The position numbers were made by a program, and so were the translations under genes. From Chlorokybus atmophyticus (Eukaryota; Plantae; Mesostigma and Chlorokybus algae), in contig RHPI01003788.1 in NCBI GenBank assembly GCA_009103225.1, positions 294,421-358,420 of the forward strand: DNA of 64,000 nt. Direction: 5' to 3'. This document shows, piece by piece, positions 26,160 to 39,800 of the stretch (its first letter is position 1; each line of letters begins with the position of its first letter). The notes below the pieces were generated by a model that did no database searches, was not told the origin of the DNA, and saw only the letters and a list, made by a program, of their open reading frames with translations.

Positions 26160-27763
26160 TATGGTTTCAGCTTTGCATTAACTACAAAGCAAAGCAGCCT
26201 TGTCATTAACATTGTCGTACTCGACGGAGGCAAGCGCGTCAGCACACAGGCGTCTTCCATCATGCCCGTGGTATTCGTTCTAGTTGACGAGCTAGTTGAC
26301 GCTGACAGAGTCTATATGAACGTGTCTATGAAGCCCTTGCTAGATGAGTTGGAGGATTTGTACGCCATGGGCTTCACCACGCACTACGGTTTGAACTCCA
26401 GCCAGGTGGACATCAAGCTGCCACACCCTTTGGCCGGTACGCTTGCATACATTTGTTCACAAGACCTCATGCGCAATGCTGTGTTATGAATGTAACTGTT
26501 GACATCGTCTATCAAGTTAACAATCGTTTTAGCGAGTTGAGCAGAGTAAACACAATCCATTAAGGGCTGTTAACGATGATGATTGTCATTATTATGCACT
26601 TAATTGGTTGCCACCTTTCATGAGTCCATTGAGAGCGTTGAGAAGACTATTAACAGCGACTATTTTTGTGCAGTTGTCCATTGCACGAGACAGTTCAGGT
26701 TGACATGCTCGGTTGTGTCCTGCGCGTAGCGCTGCCCACAAAGCAACGCGTCTTGATGCAACGGGTGTTGCAGGTGAAACGGGGATCCTGAGAGCCGTGG
26801 TTATGATCGTTGCCTGTGACAATTTCACCCACAGCTAAATGGGGCAGTTCAGAAATGGCGGCTTATGCGGTTGCAGGGCTTGTTGCTTAAAGCAACTCAT
26901 ATCCAGTACTCAGTTGTCAACAAAAAACATGGCCAGCAGTTGCCTTCGATGGTGGAAGGCGTATGAGCACTAGCTCCTTTGTGCAGTTTACTATGCCCTA
27001 TATGTTTCACAAGCTGCTGAGCGAAGATAGGAAAGACCACGTCATGTGCCTCCACATAATATTTCGCTTATTCTTTGACATCTCGCGCCGCTTGGGTTGG
27101 GGTTCCGGCCGTCTAAAGCTCGTTGATGCACTGCTCATGTACTAGAAGGTGAATAATGAGATCTGCTTTAATACCAACAAGAAGATTCTGGAGCACATTG
27201 CGGGAACTTGCCACTTGCTTGACAACAGCCGTCGACATGGTCACCATAATGTGTTCTGGTGCTAGGCTTTCAAACGCTCTGTGAAGTTGTATGTCAACAC
27301 CCCATCCAACAGCATAGTCTACTAGATTGGTTTCATGAAGCAATTCGTCAGGAGATGGTTTGTGCGACTCTTTGGCGTTATGTGATGATCACATGTCAGG
27401 CCTGCTGCTCCACCATAGAGTTCCCAATGCACTATTTGCATCTGTAAAACAAAATTCGACAGGTCCACTTGGTATGAGGTGGCTACAATTAGGCACGCAA
27501 AGGAGATATGGGCTTTTGTGAAAGCGTATCCCATCTTGGCACACTCTAAGCACATCAAAGATAAAGGCGTTTTGATTGGACGAGGCAGCATTTTATACGT
27601 AGGGAATGAGGCCTTATTCGAACGCATCTGCACACAAAAGAACATTGACATCCACACCAAGTCGCAATGGACAGTGCGTGATTGCAAAGCTTACATGAGG
27701 GACGGCTTGGTATACAAGTATGTGCTCGCATTGACACCCGTAGAGATGTCCACTTTATGCTGA
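26160..27763 (+). pseudogene. Decayed En/Spm (CACTA)-like transposase
   Basis: VVLDGG...VYMNVSMKPLLDELEDLYAMGF (Tnp2-like); FVQFTMPYMF; LEHIAGTCHLLDNSRRHG..NVFWC*AFKR (H..HL...G....F.FER-like). Multiple stops. Confidence 0.5.
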
Positions 27764-28329
27764 TCACTTGACAGTCTTGTACGTGTTATGCAGCAATATC
27801 GTCAACCAGCCAGGACTCTTCCCAACAAGCCGGCTCTGGTCTTGTAAACTTTGCCAGTGATCGCTCGCAAGCTGCTCTATGGTCTTTCCTCGCCCATTTC
27901 AAGGCAAGCCTCCCAGAACAACCTGCTACTATTGTTGAGTAATGTGTATGCATCGACAGGCGCACACCTGCACATGCATGCATGCTCTAGCGCACCCACA
28001 TACATGTCACCAGTCATACTTGTGTGTAGTTGTCGCCCGATGCTGCTCGGTGACAGCGGAGTCCTTGTTCTTTACCTCCTGAAATGTTCGTGGCATTGCC
28101 AATATGCGCTCAGGCATCGGGGTTTTTAATCGCAGAGCTTTGCTGGCATGTTTACGGGAATGATCGTGTAGGCGCTCACACGCTGTCTTGCTGCAAAATA
28201 TAAGGATTGCTGACTCAAGCCACGTCTCTTGGCTCTGCAGGTTCTGGGCGGGCGGATCGGTGTGGGCTCTATCACAGGGCAACAGCGGCGGTGTTGCCAT
28301 CCAATATCCACGTGCATAGCAACACATGC

Positions 28330-31300
28330 TATTGGATGAGGGGGTGGCCGTGCCTGCTCGCTGCTGCTGGCTCCGCTTTAAGTGGGAGAGTGGTGTTCTT
28401 CCACTTGTCAACGTCCATGCCCCTAATTCCTTAAAAGACCGGCATGGCTTGTTTCTTTCATTGCTGTTAGCCCTACCCCCTGCAGATTGGGCGGTCTTTG
28501 GGGGAGACTGAAATTATGTTGGCAACCCCCTGACCTGGACAGAATGCAATTAAGGCTCTCTCCAACAGCGCTGGAGCTTGCAGCTTTTCCATGCTGGGGC
28601 AGCGCTACAAGCTTGAAAACAGTCTTCGCGCACACTTTCCATTGCTCTTCATCTGTACATGGGTAGGATCCGAGCATGGCGGAATGCTTCCCATGGACCG
28701 CTTCTATTCATCCTCATGTCTTCGGACACTTAGTGGCAACCAGTTGGTGCGGGAGGGAGAGTCTCTCTCTGACCGCGATTCAGTTTTTTGTGTCTCCGCG
28801 CAACCTCTGGTTCTCCACGCAGGCTAGGCTGTTGGAAGTTGGACGGAGGTTTGCTTTGGATTTCAACTCTTATTAATGACTTCCTCTGTCAATGGGTTGT
28901 GCATCAGCAGACTCGCCCCTCGGGGCCTCTTCTATTGCTGTGATTTGAGGCTGACTTGTGCACTCTTGCTTAGCGCCATGAAGCCCGCCACAAGCGAGCC
29001 CATCACACTGAACTGGCATTTCTTTGATCTCTTTTGGCTGGGCTGAAAAGAGCCTTAATCACTTCTCCCCCCTTACGGACAATGATTAAGAAGCAGAGGA
29101 ACCTGCTTACTAGCATTGACACTCTTAAAGGGCATGTGCTGGAGTTGTCCCATATCCGTTTTGCTAGTCAGCATAGACTGCTAGGTGAGCGGATGAACAG
29201 TTGTGTTTTTCTTAAAATGTAAAGCCGACCGGCTCTCCTCCTGTCTGTTATCTTCATCCTTCTCTACGCATTCTCATATACCCCAGTTGCTGAGTTAGGA
29301 GGACATCTGCCGCTGTTTGGGACTACTACAAACAGTTTTTCACTGCGTCCCACCGTAACCCGGCGCTTCATCTCCAGGCCAAGGAACGGTGCACGTCCTG
29401 TGTTTCACAGACAGTAAATTCTAAGACGTTGTCGGCTCTCTCCAACCCATCTTGGCATCAGATCTCAACCCCGCGCTAAAAAGCATGGATCCTGGCAAAT
29501 GTCCGAGCAAAGACGTGCTTACTGCAGCTTTTGCAGACTGTTTGGCCATCTCTAACGCAGGGACTATTACTTACTCTGTTTGGAGGTCCTACGTGGGGAG
29601 GCAATGGGAACAATGTAGCGGGTTGAAGTCATCAAGCTCATCCACAAGAAGGGCCCCACCTCTGATTTGCAAAACTCGCGCCCTTTCACCATGTTGCCCT
29701 TTCACTACAAGATTTCTGCGCGCGCACCTTAAGTTTACGCCTCGCTGCAATCCTCCCACATACCATCTCTCCGGAGCAGACAGAGCTTGTGCGAAAGACG
29801 GTCCATCCTTGATAATGTTCTTATGGTGCTGGATGTTGCTTCCCACGCACACAGTTTGCGACAGCAAGTGGCTCTTCTCCTGTTATACTTTGAGAAGGCG
29901 TTTGATCGCATCATCTGAGATTACTTAGTGCAGTTATGATGCGCCGAGGCTTTGACTCTACCCTTCGCGGCTGGGTGCGTACGTTCAACGGTGGCAGCTA
30001 TAGTTGTCCTCTTAAATGGCTTTCTCACGGAGGAGTTCCCGTAGGAGCGCAATGTACGCCAAGGCTGCCCCCTTGCTCCCATCCTTATCGCCCTAGCGGA
30101 TGAGGCCTTGAGATCTCTGTTGATCCTCGCCACATGTTAGAGGCCTCACTCTCCCAGACTTGGCCCATTTGGGGGAGGAGGATGATACTCAGATATTGGA
30201 GATCATACATCTTGAATATGCTAATACGGTGGTCGTCTTAAAACTCATGGACGGGTCCCATGCAGGCTTTACCAATAGCATGGACACCTTTTACCTGGCT
30301 TTAAACGCGTGCCTCAACCTCACCAAATCGGTTGGAATTAGGGTGGGGCCGGGCTTACCGGTATCGCCATCTAATTGGGGGGTGCGCTAGCCGCTGGTGA
30401 TGCAGCTGCACTCATAGGGTTTCGGCTCTCCCTCATCACGAGTGGACTTGTTGTCCTCCCTCTGGAGCTGACCAATTTGCGTCAGCGAATAGCCTCGTGG
30501 AGTCGGCATCATCTCACTTATGGGCGCGTGCTGGTCTTGAACGAATGCATAATATGCACTTTATGGTATACGACCTCGTTGCTAAGACCATCATCCAGTG
30601 AACAAGCAATTCGCCGCCTGAGCACGGAGTTCTTGCGGCCGCATTTTGAACCATCAAACGGCGACCTCGCCGATGTGATGCGCAGGGTGAGGGGCTGTGT
30701 TTCTTGGAAGGTGGTGGTGTTGAGGATATTCTTGTATCCGGTGTGCTTGCCCTGCGGATAAAAATAGGCGCGAGAACATTCGGGCGCGAGAAAGGTCTAG
30801 ACGAGGACTTGAGTCGAGAAGGTTCCAGGCGCGGAGTCGAGTCCGGAAACTGGAGACTTTCAGGCGCTGTAGAAGAAACGTTGTAGCTCGGTGGTTACAT
30901 CATTATATGGCGCGTGTCATAGCTTGTTGGAAAGCTCTTGAAAGTAGCTACGTGGTGCTTAGAGCGCAGGAATTGGTTGAGTGTAGAAGTCGTGGTGACT
31001 TCTAGAGTAGACAGGTGCAGAACTGGCGGGTATAAAAGCCCGCGGTGTGACTTTGTTGTAATCCTTAGAACGCCTTTTTGGGATCAGCCTTGTGTGTATG
31101 CTATGGTAGAGTGTGTGTGCTTGTGCTTGCACCAACTCCATGCATGATCAGTAGTGTCCAAATCTCAACGGGTGTGCTTGCCAGTGCGGCAAGGCGGCTT
31201 GGGCGTGCTGAACCCGGACACGCAGTCCCGTGCACTTCTTGCCAAGTGGGCTGTCAGACTGTCCAATCCCACTTGGGTGTTATGGAAGTCCCTCGCCTTT

Positions 31301-31900
31301 CATCAATTTCGCGCGTGGGTGTCCCACCCCCGCCATCTAGAGGTTCTTTGGCTCCTACCTCTAGCGTCTCTCATGTTGTCGAGCCTCATTCTCCGCCTAA
31401 TCCATGTCACCTCACTGGCGCTCTATCATTGCTTCTTAGTTGAAACTTCGCCCTTTCATCGCACCCCCCCCCAAAAACTATAAAGAGGTACTTATGCAAC
31501 ACCTCTTCCATAACCCTCTTCTCCGTGATGCACGAGGTGCGGTGCTGAGTTTTTCCCGCACGCTCTTTTTTAATATGGTGGCTCAAGATTGTTACAGAGA
31601 CGCGGGACCTGTGGGATACGGAAGACCTCCAGCCATACACCCAAAGTACCATCTCGCACTAGGTTGAATCACCTGAGCCAGCGCTCTCCCTTTTGTGGCA
31701 TAGCATCCCCCCGGCCTAGTGCAACCTGCTGCACGCTGGCCCGCAATCTCCCCGAGCTGAGGAATGGTAGGTCGAGGTTGACAAAGCTGGCGCTTCAATC
31801 AAGGTGCACTATCTGTAGCAGGTCGTGGGTAAACAACTCTTGAGCACGAGCTTTACTCGCAGCAGATCGGAAGGGCAGACTTTGTCAGGCCCCTCACCAG
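28330..31900 (+). mobile_element. Decayed L1/Tx1-like LINE (APE endonuclease plus RT)
   Basis: VNVHAPN...FGGD*N; MDRFY; SDRDSV; PGKCPSKD; KLIHKKG..SDLQNSRP; FEKAFDRI; VRQGCPLAP; LEYAN; LPVRQGGLGVLNP. Many frameshifts. Confidence 0.8.
30674..31140. mobile_element. Insertion in the LINE, probably a solo LTR
   Basis: Interrupts the LINE ORF2 frame. Starts TGTG, contains GGGTATAAAAG as in the chromovirus LTR, and is non-coding. No TSD was confirmed. Confidence 0.4.
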
Positions 31901-32239
31901 CGTTGCTCCTCTCTTCAGCTGGTCTCTTTCGCGTCAGGGTCTGCCCACCACCACTGCAATTGCACACACACCCAGCGGTGGGCTCGCTCAACTTGACTGC
32001 TCTTTTTTGTCGCGCCTGCCATGGTCGAGGGTCACGCCGTCTCGGGCACAGTGCAGACGAGCCCATGCCGTGGGCATGCTGATGCTACGCGCAGCATTTG
32101 AGCAACACAACAAAGACAACCCCCCACACATAGGCATAGGCTTGGGGATGAACCTATGTGAGGATTTGATCAGTAGTAGAGCTGGTGACGCTCCTCCTTA
32201 CTGTACCTGCTGTGCTGTAGTACACACAGTCAACAAGCC

Positions 32240-34653
32240 ACCCCCCCTGAGGTTCTGGGGTAGCCTCCAAGACTCAGCTTCTACTGACTGTGTGGGGGAC
32301 CGTTAATGCGGCAGTCATCGCACCAATACTCCCACAGCGGCACCTTGTCCAATGGAGGGTCAAGGCAGTAACAGTGCCTTGGTTGCAGCCTTCGCACAAC
32401 AGCATCATCGGGTCGTTGTCGGCGTTGCCACATGTCTCGCAGCGGGTGCTTTGCGGTGGTCGCGAGGGTGCTGGATCTTGCAGAAGCCAGCAACGTGGGG
32501 AAGATACCAGGGCGCGCAGTTCCCCATGTTTTCGTTCATGTGCTCGCCTTGTTGTCCCAGAAGGTCCAGTACCCCTGTGGGATACACCTTCAATACCTTA
32601 TAGACAGCGTGCCCAACGAAGGTGTTGAGGGTGTCGATTGTGGTTGCCATGCGGTAGATGAAGTCTCCTTACTGTAAGCGGCGTTTTCGCTCCTTGTAGA
32701 CTCCGCTGCGCACACGCTCGTAGCGAAGCGTGTCGGGGTGTTGAGCAATGCGCAGGTTGTTAAAGGCCATGTGGACAGTGTGCTCGGACAGCGCGATGCG
32801 CACTGTCAGATCATACAGCATCTCGTCGGGGTTGTCGAGATTGTCCACCATTATGTTGACCTTTTGCTGTGCGCGGCAAGGGAGCAATGGCTGCCTTTCA
32901 AACAGCAAATAGTATGGACTGTACTCTCGCAGTGCTGCCTGCTTTGACAGCCAAAATCCCAGTGCTACCCATGGGAGGTGGTCATCCCATGTGCTCTTCT
33001 CGTAGTTGAGGATGTACTTTGGCAAAGCCTTTTTGATGGTCTGCACGGTACGCTCAGCGAGACCATCGGCGTGTGGATGGTCGCGTGAAGTATGGCGGTG
33101 GTCGATGAAGCTTCATCTGTCCATGAGCTTGTCAAAGGCTCCTCTAAACTCCATACCTTGGTCGGTGATGACTTCACCACAGCTGCCGAAGCGAGTCCGA
33201 GTACATGGGAGAGGAAAGCCTAGGCTACTCCCTCGCTGCTCTTGTCAAGCAGGGGCACCAGCTCCACCCATTTAGAGAAGTGCTCGATCATGACGAGGAT
33301 GTAGCGGTTGCCTCACGCTGAGGGCAATAAATCCCCGAGGATGTCTAGTCCCCAGCGGTAAAACAATCCCGAGATGGGGAGGGGATGCAAGGTGGCATTG
33401 CGCATGTCGAGGCTCGTGCGGACCATGTCACACTGCTGTCAGTCGCTGACGAACTCGCGCACCTGTTTGTGCACCCCATACCACCAGTACTGAGTCCTGA
33501 CTACACTGGCCGTGCGCTTGATACCGAATTGTCCGAGCTCGGTGCGAAGAGCAGCAATGATGCCTTCTTGCGCAGCTGGTGTTGGGACCTTCTTGTCCTC
33601 ATTTTATATCCGTTGATACAGTTTGTCGTCGGCCCAGCATTAGTGCTAAGTGCGTCGACTGACGCGGTCCTTCTCGCGCGCGCTCATGCCTGCTGAAAAT
33701 TGTTCGATCCAGAGTAGTGCGAGGGATGGCTTGTTAAGCTAGATGTCCTGTCGTGTGTCGGTGGGTGCCAACTCCTCATCCACCACCTCAGGGTCGGCGG
33801 CGAGCGCTTCCTCTGATAAGGGGTCGGTAACGGTGACGGTGGGCCCGAGAGAAGGCGCATCCTCGTCTGCTGCTGCTGTAATGGCCTGGATTTCGCGTCC
33901 TAAACGTAGCGCAGCGACAGCGAACATGGCCGCTACACCTAGAGGTGCGACTGCAAGACCCAACTCGTGTCGGGCTCCTGTTGCATCGTTGGTGCTGAGG
34001 TGGGGGTTGCGATTAAGGCAGTGCGTGTCCTGGTTAGACAGGCCTGCTCGATGCTCCACCTCCAAGTTATACTCTTGCAGCAGTAGTGCCCACCGTGCCG
34101 GCTTGCCTGTCGGGTGCTGGTTGGTCAGCCACTTCCGTGTTTGGTGGTCAGTGATCACTTCAAACCGCCGTTCAAACAGAAAGGGGCGGGAGAAGGAGAT
34201 GGCCCATACTGCGGTGAGACACTCCCCCTCGTAGCTACTGTAGTTGGCCTTAATGCTGTTGTTGCTGCGGCTGGCATACGACACTACACAACCTTTCTTG
34301 TTGTCATCGTGCTGCACGAGCACTGCTCCCATGCCAAGCTTGCTCCAGTCTGTGTGCAGGATGAATGACCTATTGTAGTCAGGTCACTGAAGAATGGGAG
34401 CTGTGGTGAGTTGGAGCTTTAACTCCTCGAAGGCCTCTTGTTGTGCCTCCTTCCATAGGAACTCCGTGTCCTTCCTCAGCAGTTTGTTAAGTGGCCGCGC
34501 GATCTTTGCAAAGTCCTTGACAAACGGTCTGTAGTAGTTGGCAAGGCCGAGGAAAGCACGCAGTCGCGTGAGATCTTTGGGGGCAGGGATGACTACCAGT
34601 GCCTCCACCTTGGCCTGCTGTACATACACACCGTGGGGCACAATCATGTACCA
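32240..34653 (-). mobile_element. Decayed Ty3/gypsy pol (RT end, RNase H, integrase, PHD finger), interrupted at 34653
   Basis: RAFLGLANYYRPFVKDFAKIARPL; HTDWSKLGMGAVLVQ; SYEGECL; WGLDILG...IEHFSKWVEL; HPSADGLAERTV; CETC...LLCEGC...HCYCLDPPLDKVP..YWCDDC. Confidence 0.85.
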
Positions 34654-34804
34654 TGTTAGCATGAGCATGTCTTGCACACTGCTCAGTCCAGTCAGCTTAC
34701 GAATTGGCTAAGGCATGAGCCTTGGAGATACCACTACTAGTATGAGCTGATATCGATCAGTCATGAGTCTGTAGCAGTTATCGAGTCCACTACGCGGAGT
34801 ATGA
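34654..34804 (+). repeat. 5' part of the split 5' LTR of copia family A, copy 2
   Basis: Begins TGTTAGCATGAGC and matches the reverse complement of 37233-37383. It stops at the TIR of the large element. Confidence 0.92.
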
Positions 34805-34834
34805 TGCATCTATCAAGTGTACCCCGATCCCCCC

Positions 34835-34941
<107 letters not shown>

Positions 34942-36876
34942 NCCGTCTCTGCACTGTTGGGCAATGTCGGGGAATGCGCTTGACCCCTACCCTTAGGGGG
35001 TCGGAGATGTACATTCCCCCACCGTACCTGGGTGGGGATTGGTGGGGGCATTCAACACTTTACCCCGACCCTCTCCATGTTGAGGATGGCGGGGAATGTC
35101 AAAGGAATGTTAAGGGGATATTAATTGTCAGAGCCGCCTGTTGTGCACATTGCACAGCAGGCTGTTGCAAAACGTAGCCAGGTGCATATATCGCTAGATC
35201 TACATATATGTATATGTAAGCTATAGTGTATATATGCATATACGTATGCGTATATTCATATACGTATGCATATATGTATATATACAAATGTGTATACATT
35301 ATTATCAAAGTGAATAGATACATAGATAAGTAAATGAATAAATGAACATGTATATATGGTTATACTCTACGTATTACACATATGTGCATCAATTCAAAAG
35401 AACATGGTACGAGTAGCAAATTAGGGCGAGGAGACAAATATGAGAGGGCACAATAAGGGAGGGGCAAAAGAATGCGAGATGTACTACCTGACACTTATCG
35501 GTATTGGTGGAAGGTCAAGACGTACTTACCACCATAACATCATGACCATTGCGGGGCAACAGCAGCAGCATACCAATAGTTTGTAGATGGTTTTGGGGAC
35601 TTTATGACGAAGCCTTTGACTACATGATGTGGTACACTCAAGGCATCCGGTGCCGACGATTTGATCACTACGGTGTTGGACTGTTCAAGCTGTAATAGTT
35701 ATTCTGTGAGCACAATATGCAGTTTTTAGTTAGAGCCGCAATTAGAATCGTTGTGAGACCATGGCCTTTCTCATATCATGTGCGTGCGTGCGTGCGCGCG
35801 CGTCAGGTGCGTGGGTGTGTGCCTGGGGCCGAAGCTGATGGAGGGGCTGGTTGTCATCCTCTCCTTCCCGGATGCGATGCTATGACTGTCTGTAGGTATT
35901 GCACCATTTGCGGTAATGATGAAGGTAATGTCAACAGGTGGGACTTCCGTCTAGGAGGTGTAGTCAATCTTTATGCCTGTGCATATGTTTGTCAAGCCGA
36001 TCAACAAGTACGTTAGCGTGGAAAGTGTCGTGCAGATTGTCTTTGAGGGCAACCTATCCTTAAGTTGCAATTGTTAAGGCCTGCCTGGACAAGCGTTGGG
36101 TTGTCACGGACGTGCGATAGTTGAAGGCCAAAGGATGTCATTATTGTGTCAGACTCTTTCCTTACAGATTGTGTGATAAGATACTCGCAACAATGCATAT
36201 AGCTATATACATATTGTTGCAACGAGTTGACAAGCCTGTCGGGCATGCAGACGGCCGCCGCGGCGCCGGCGAGAGCCAAAGTTTTTAATGCGATGTTGAG
36301 GCCACGAGTTAAGAACCATGTTGACAAGTAGATAGACCTGATGAGGATCTTGTCATTGCGCCATTGTGACCGAAGCTACGCTGACTCAGTCCAGCTGTCC
36401 GTAGCTAGGCCGACAAACAAACTTTGTTTAAAGATATTGAAATCCTGCCTTAGGTTAAGAACGAGATTGTAATCATGCGAGTTGATGTCATTTAGTAGTT
36501 GGACTACCACGCAATGCGCCAACTAGATGATATGGGCATGGTCTAGGCCTGTTATAGCGATGAGCAAGGGCTACCTTCGTCACGTACAATGTGAGCTGGT
36601 ACTGCTAAACGAAACAAGACATGTACATGGTCTTCTTTGCAACGTTAATGCCGAGACTTCACGCAAGGTGTCTGCCAACGAAGACTGATTGTGCGCCGCC
36701 GTCAAGTGTAACGCAATGTGATGCACAGCCGTCGATCTGCATGTGCTTGCCGCGATTGTCCATTATGATGGCGCTAGCATTCTGAGGGGTGCGGTCCTTG
36801 AGACGATGTGGCATGACGTCAGCTGCTATAGTGAGTGGGGCAGCAGCTGCAATGGCGCTTCAGGAGGATAACCTAT

Positions 36877-39800
36877 TGTTGAATACTGAGCAAGCGCTGG
36901 CCAACTACCGCATACACATGCACCAGAACATACACACAAGGCGTGCACACAAGGCTTGCAAAGGGGTTTCACTCGAATCAACAACTTGTTAATTCTGTTG
37001 GCCTTTATACCAGCCAGACTACACATGTCTACTTTAGCAAGCACCGCGTGAGCTATACTCAGCAGATTGCCAATATGTAAGCTTGGTTGTCTAGCTTACA
37101 GCCAAAGCTTATCAACAAGCTAAGCCACGCCTCCTAAGGCTACGTATACGCGGAGTTCTCGCCGTTCTCCCAAGGCGTTGGCTGCGTCAGGCTGCGCCAG
37201 CCTCATGAGCAAGTCCGGAGTCTCCTGCTTGGTCGTACTCCGCGTAGTGGACTCGATATCTGCTACAGACTCATGACTGTTCGATATCAGCTCTTACTAG
37301 TAGCAGTATCTCTAAGGCTCATGCCTTAGCCAATTTACAAGCTGACTGGACTGAGCAGTGTGCAAGACATGCTCATGCTAACATTCCCACGCAGGCAGCT
37401 TAGTAGACTCCAAGTCCTCTAGTGCAGTCATGGAACTTCTTCGTCACCAAAGGCTTGGTCATGCAGTCAGCCAGCATCTCTTCCGTGTTGCAGTACTTGA
37501 ACGCCACCTCCTTCCTTGCCACACGCTCGCGCACGAAGTGGTGAATTACGTCAATGTGCTTTGACCGGAATGAAGCAATCGGATGCTTTAGCAGCTTGAT
37601 TGCGCCTTGGTTGTTGCAGTTGATGCTCATGCGGCTTGCAGGGTAGCATAAGTCCACCTTCAGCTTCTTCAACCACAATGCCTCCTTGACTGCCGATGAG
37701 GCAGCCACGTACTCCGCCTCTGCTATCGAGGCAGCCACGGTAGGTTGCAGCTTACTGTTCCAGCTAACAATTCCGCCATTTATCTTGAACGCGTAGCCAG
37801 TAGTTGACCTCCTCGTGTCGAAGTCCCCAGGGTAGTCAGCGTTACAGTAGCCCTCCAACTCCTTGTCTCTAAAACCAGCTCCCTCTCCAGAGTGAACGCC
37901 CACGCTTGTGCTCCCCATCACATAACGTAGCAACTCCTTTGCAGCTCTCCAATGCTCCATGGTGGGTGCTGACATGTATCGTGCAAGCACTCCCACAGCA
38001 TGTGCGATGTCTGGTATAGTGCTCACGGACATGTAAAGCATGCTCCCAACCAACTCACTATAAGGGAACTTGCTCCTGTCGAGGTGCTCTGTCTCACTCA
38101 TTGCTCGCTGCAGCTTGGCTCCCACGGACATGGGTATTACCTTGCCTTTGGCGTCTGCCATTCCAAACTTCTCCACAATCCTTTGCGCCATCAACTCCTG
38201 GCTAATCTTGGCTGTCCTGTTGTCCTTGTTTCTCTCGATCACCATGCTTAGAAAAAGCTTTGCCTCTCTCAAGTCCCTCATGTCGAAGGCAGACTTGAGA
38301 TGTCTTCACCTCCTCCAAGTCCTTCAGCTTCTTCGCAGCAGCCATGATGTTGTCGACGTAGACCAAAAGCCAGATCTTCTTCTCCTTGTGCGTGAAGAGT
38401 CCAGGATCACCTTCAGAAGGTGTGCAGCCAATCTTCTCCAACTCCTTGGTGAGCCGGATGTGCCATACTCTTGGCGCTTGCTTGAGCCCGTACAATGCCT
38501 TTACAAGTCTGCAAGCAGTGCCTGGTCCTCCCTCCTCATAGCCCTTGGGTTGCTGCATGTAGATCTCCTCCTCCAACTCTCCGTAGAGGAATGCAGTCTT
38601 CACTTCCAAGTGGTGTAGCTCCCAATCCTCAGCTACCACAAGTGCAAACATGGTGCAAAAGGTTACAAGCTTACTAGCAGGGGCGAACACCTCATTGAAG
38701 TCAATGCCCTCTTGTTGCAAGTACCCCTTCACCACCAATCGTGCCTTGTATCTCTCGATGCGGCCTTGCCCATCGCGCTTGATCTTGTACACCCACTTCA
38801 CCGGTAAGGGCTTCACTTCAGGTGGGACCTTCTCCAGCCTCCATGTGCCGTTGGCGTGCAAGGATGCTATCTCCTCGTCCATCGTATGCTACCATAGCTC
38901 TGTGTCTTGGGCTGTCATTGCCTCCTCATATGTGGTAGGCTCCTCCTTCTTGGTTAATGCTGCCAAGCTTTTGAAGCGTCCTTCCTCAGGTCTCGTGCTC
39001 CTCAGCATGTACCTGGGCTCCTCCTGGACCTCCACAGCTTCTTCCTCCGATGCTTGTTGCTGAGACTGATGGTTGGTATCTATAATTGGGTCCGCAGGGT
39101 GCAGAATGTTGTTGATTGGTGACTCCTCCATGTGGGGGTCCTCCTCCTCCTCGTCAACAACAACCTCTGGGACAGCACCTGTGATGCCTTCCTCTATAAA
39201 CATCACATTCCTACTCACCACCACCTTGTTGGGCGCCAGCTTCGTTTGCAGTTGCTTGGGGATGAAAACATACGCTGTAGAGCCGAAAACCCTCAACATA
39301 GAAATGTCTGGCCTTTGCTTGGTGAAAAGCTCCCACGGTGTCTTTGCTTGAGATTCATCCGATGAGCAATTGCGCACATACGCTGCAGTAAGCAGTGCAT
39401 CTCCCCACCTATGGTCTTGCATGTTTGCGTCCACCAGCATTGCTATGACTTTCTCCAATAGGGTTTTGTCCAGCCTCTCAGCTGCTCCGTTTCGCTGCGA
39501 GGTGTAGGGTGCCGTGTATTGGTGCGTGATCCCGTGCTCGGCCAACCAGATCTTCAGCTCCTTGCTGATGTATTCTCCACCTCTATCTGACCGCACTGTC
39601 ACCACCTTCTCTTCTGACTGTTTCTCCATCAGGGTGAGTACCTTCTTTAGCTGTGCCGACAATTCCGACTTCAAACGCAGGGGCACCACCACCGCAACCT
39701 TGCTGTAGTCATTCAAGAATGTACAAAAATACCTGTACCCTTCAGCAGTTGCAACGGGCAGTGGTCCGCATAGATCAGAGTGTACCAGTTGAAGAGGCTT

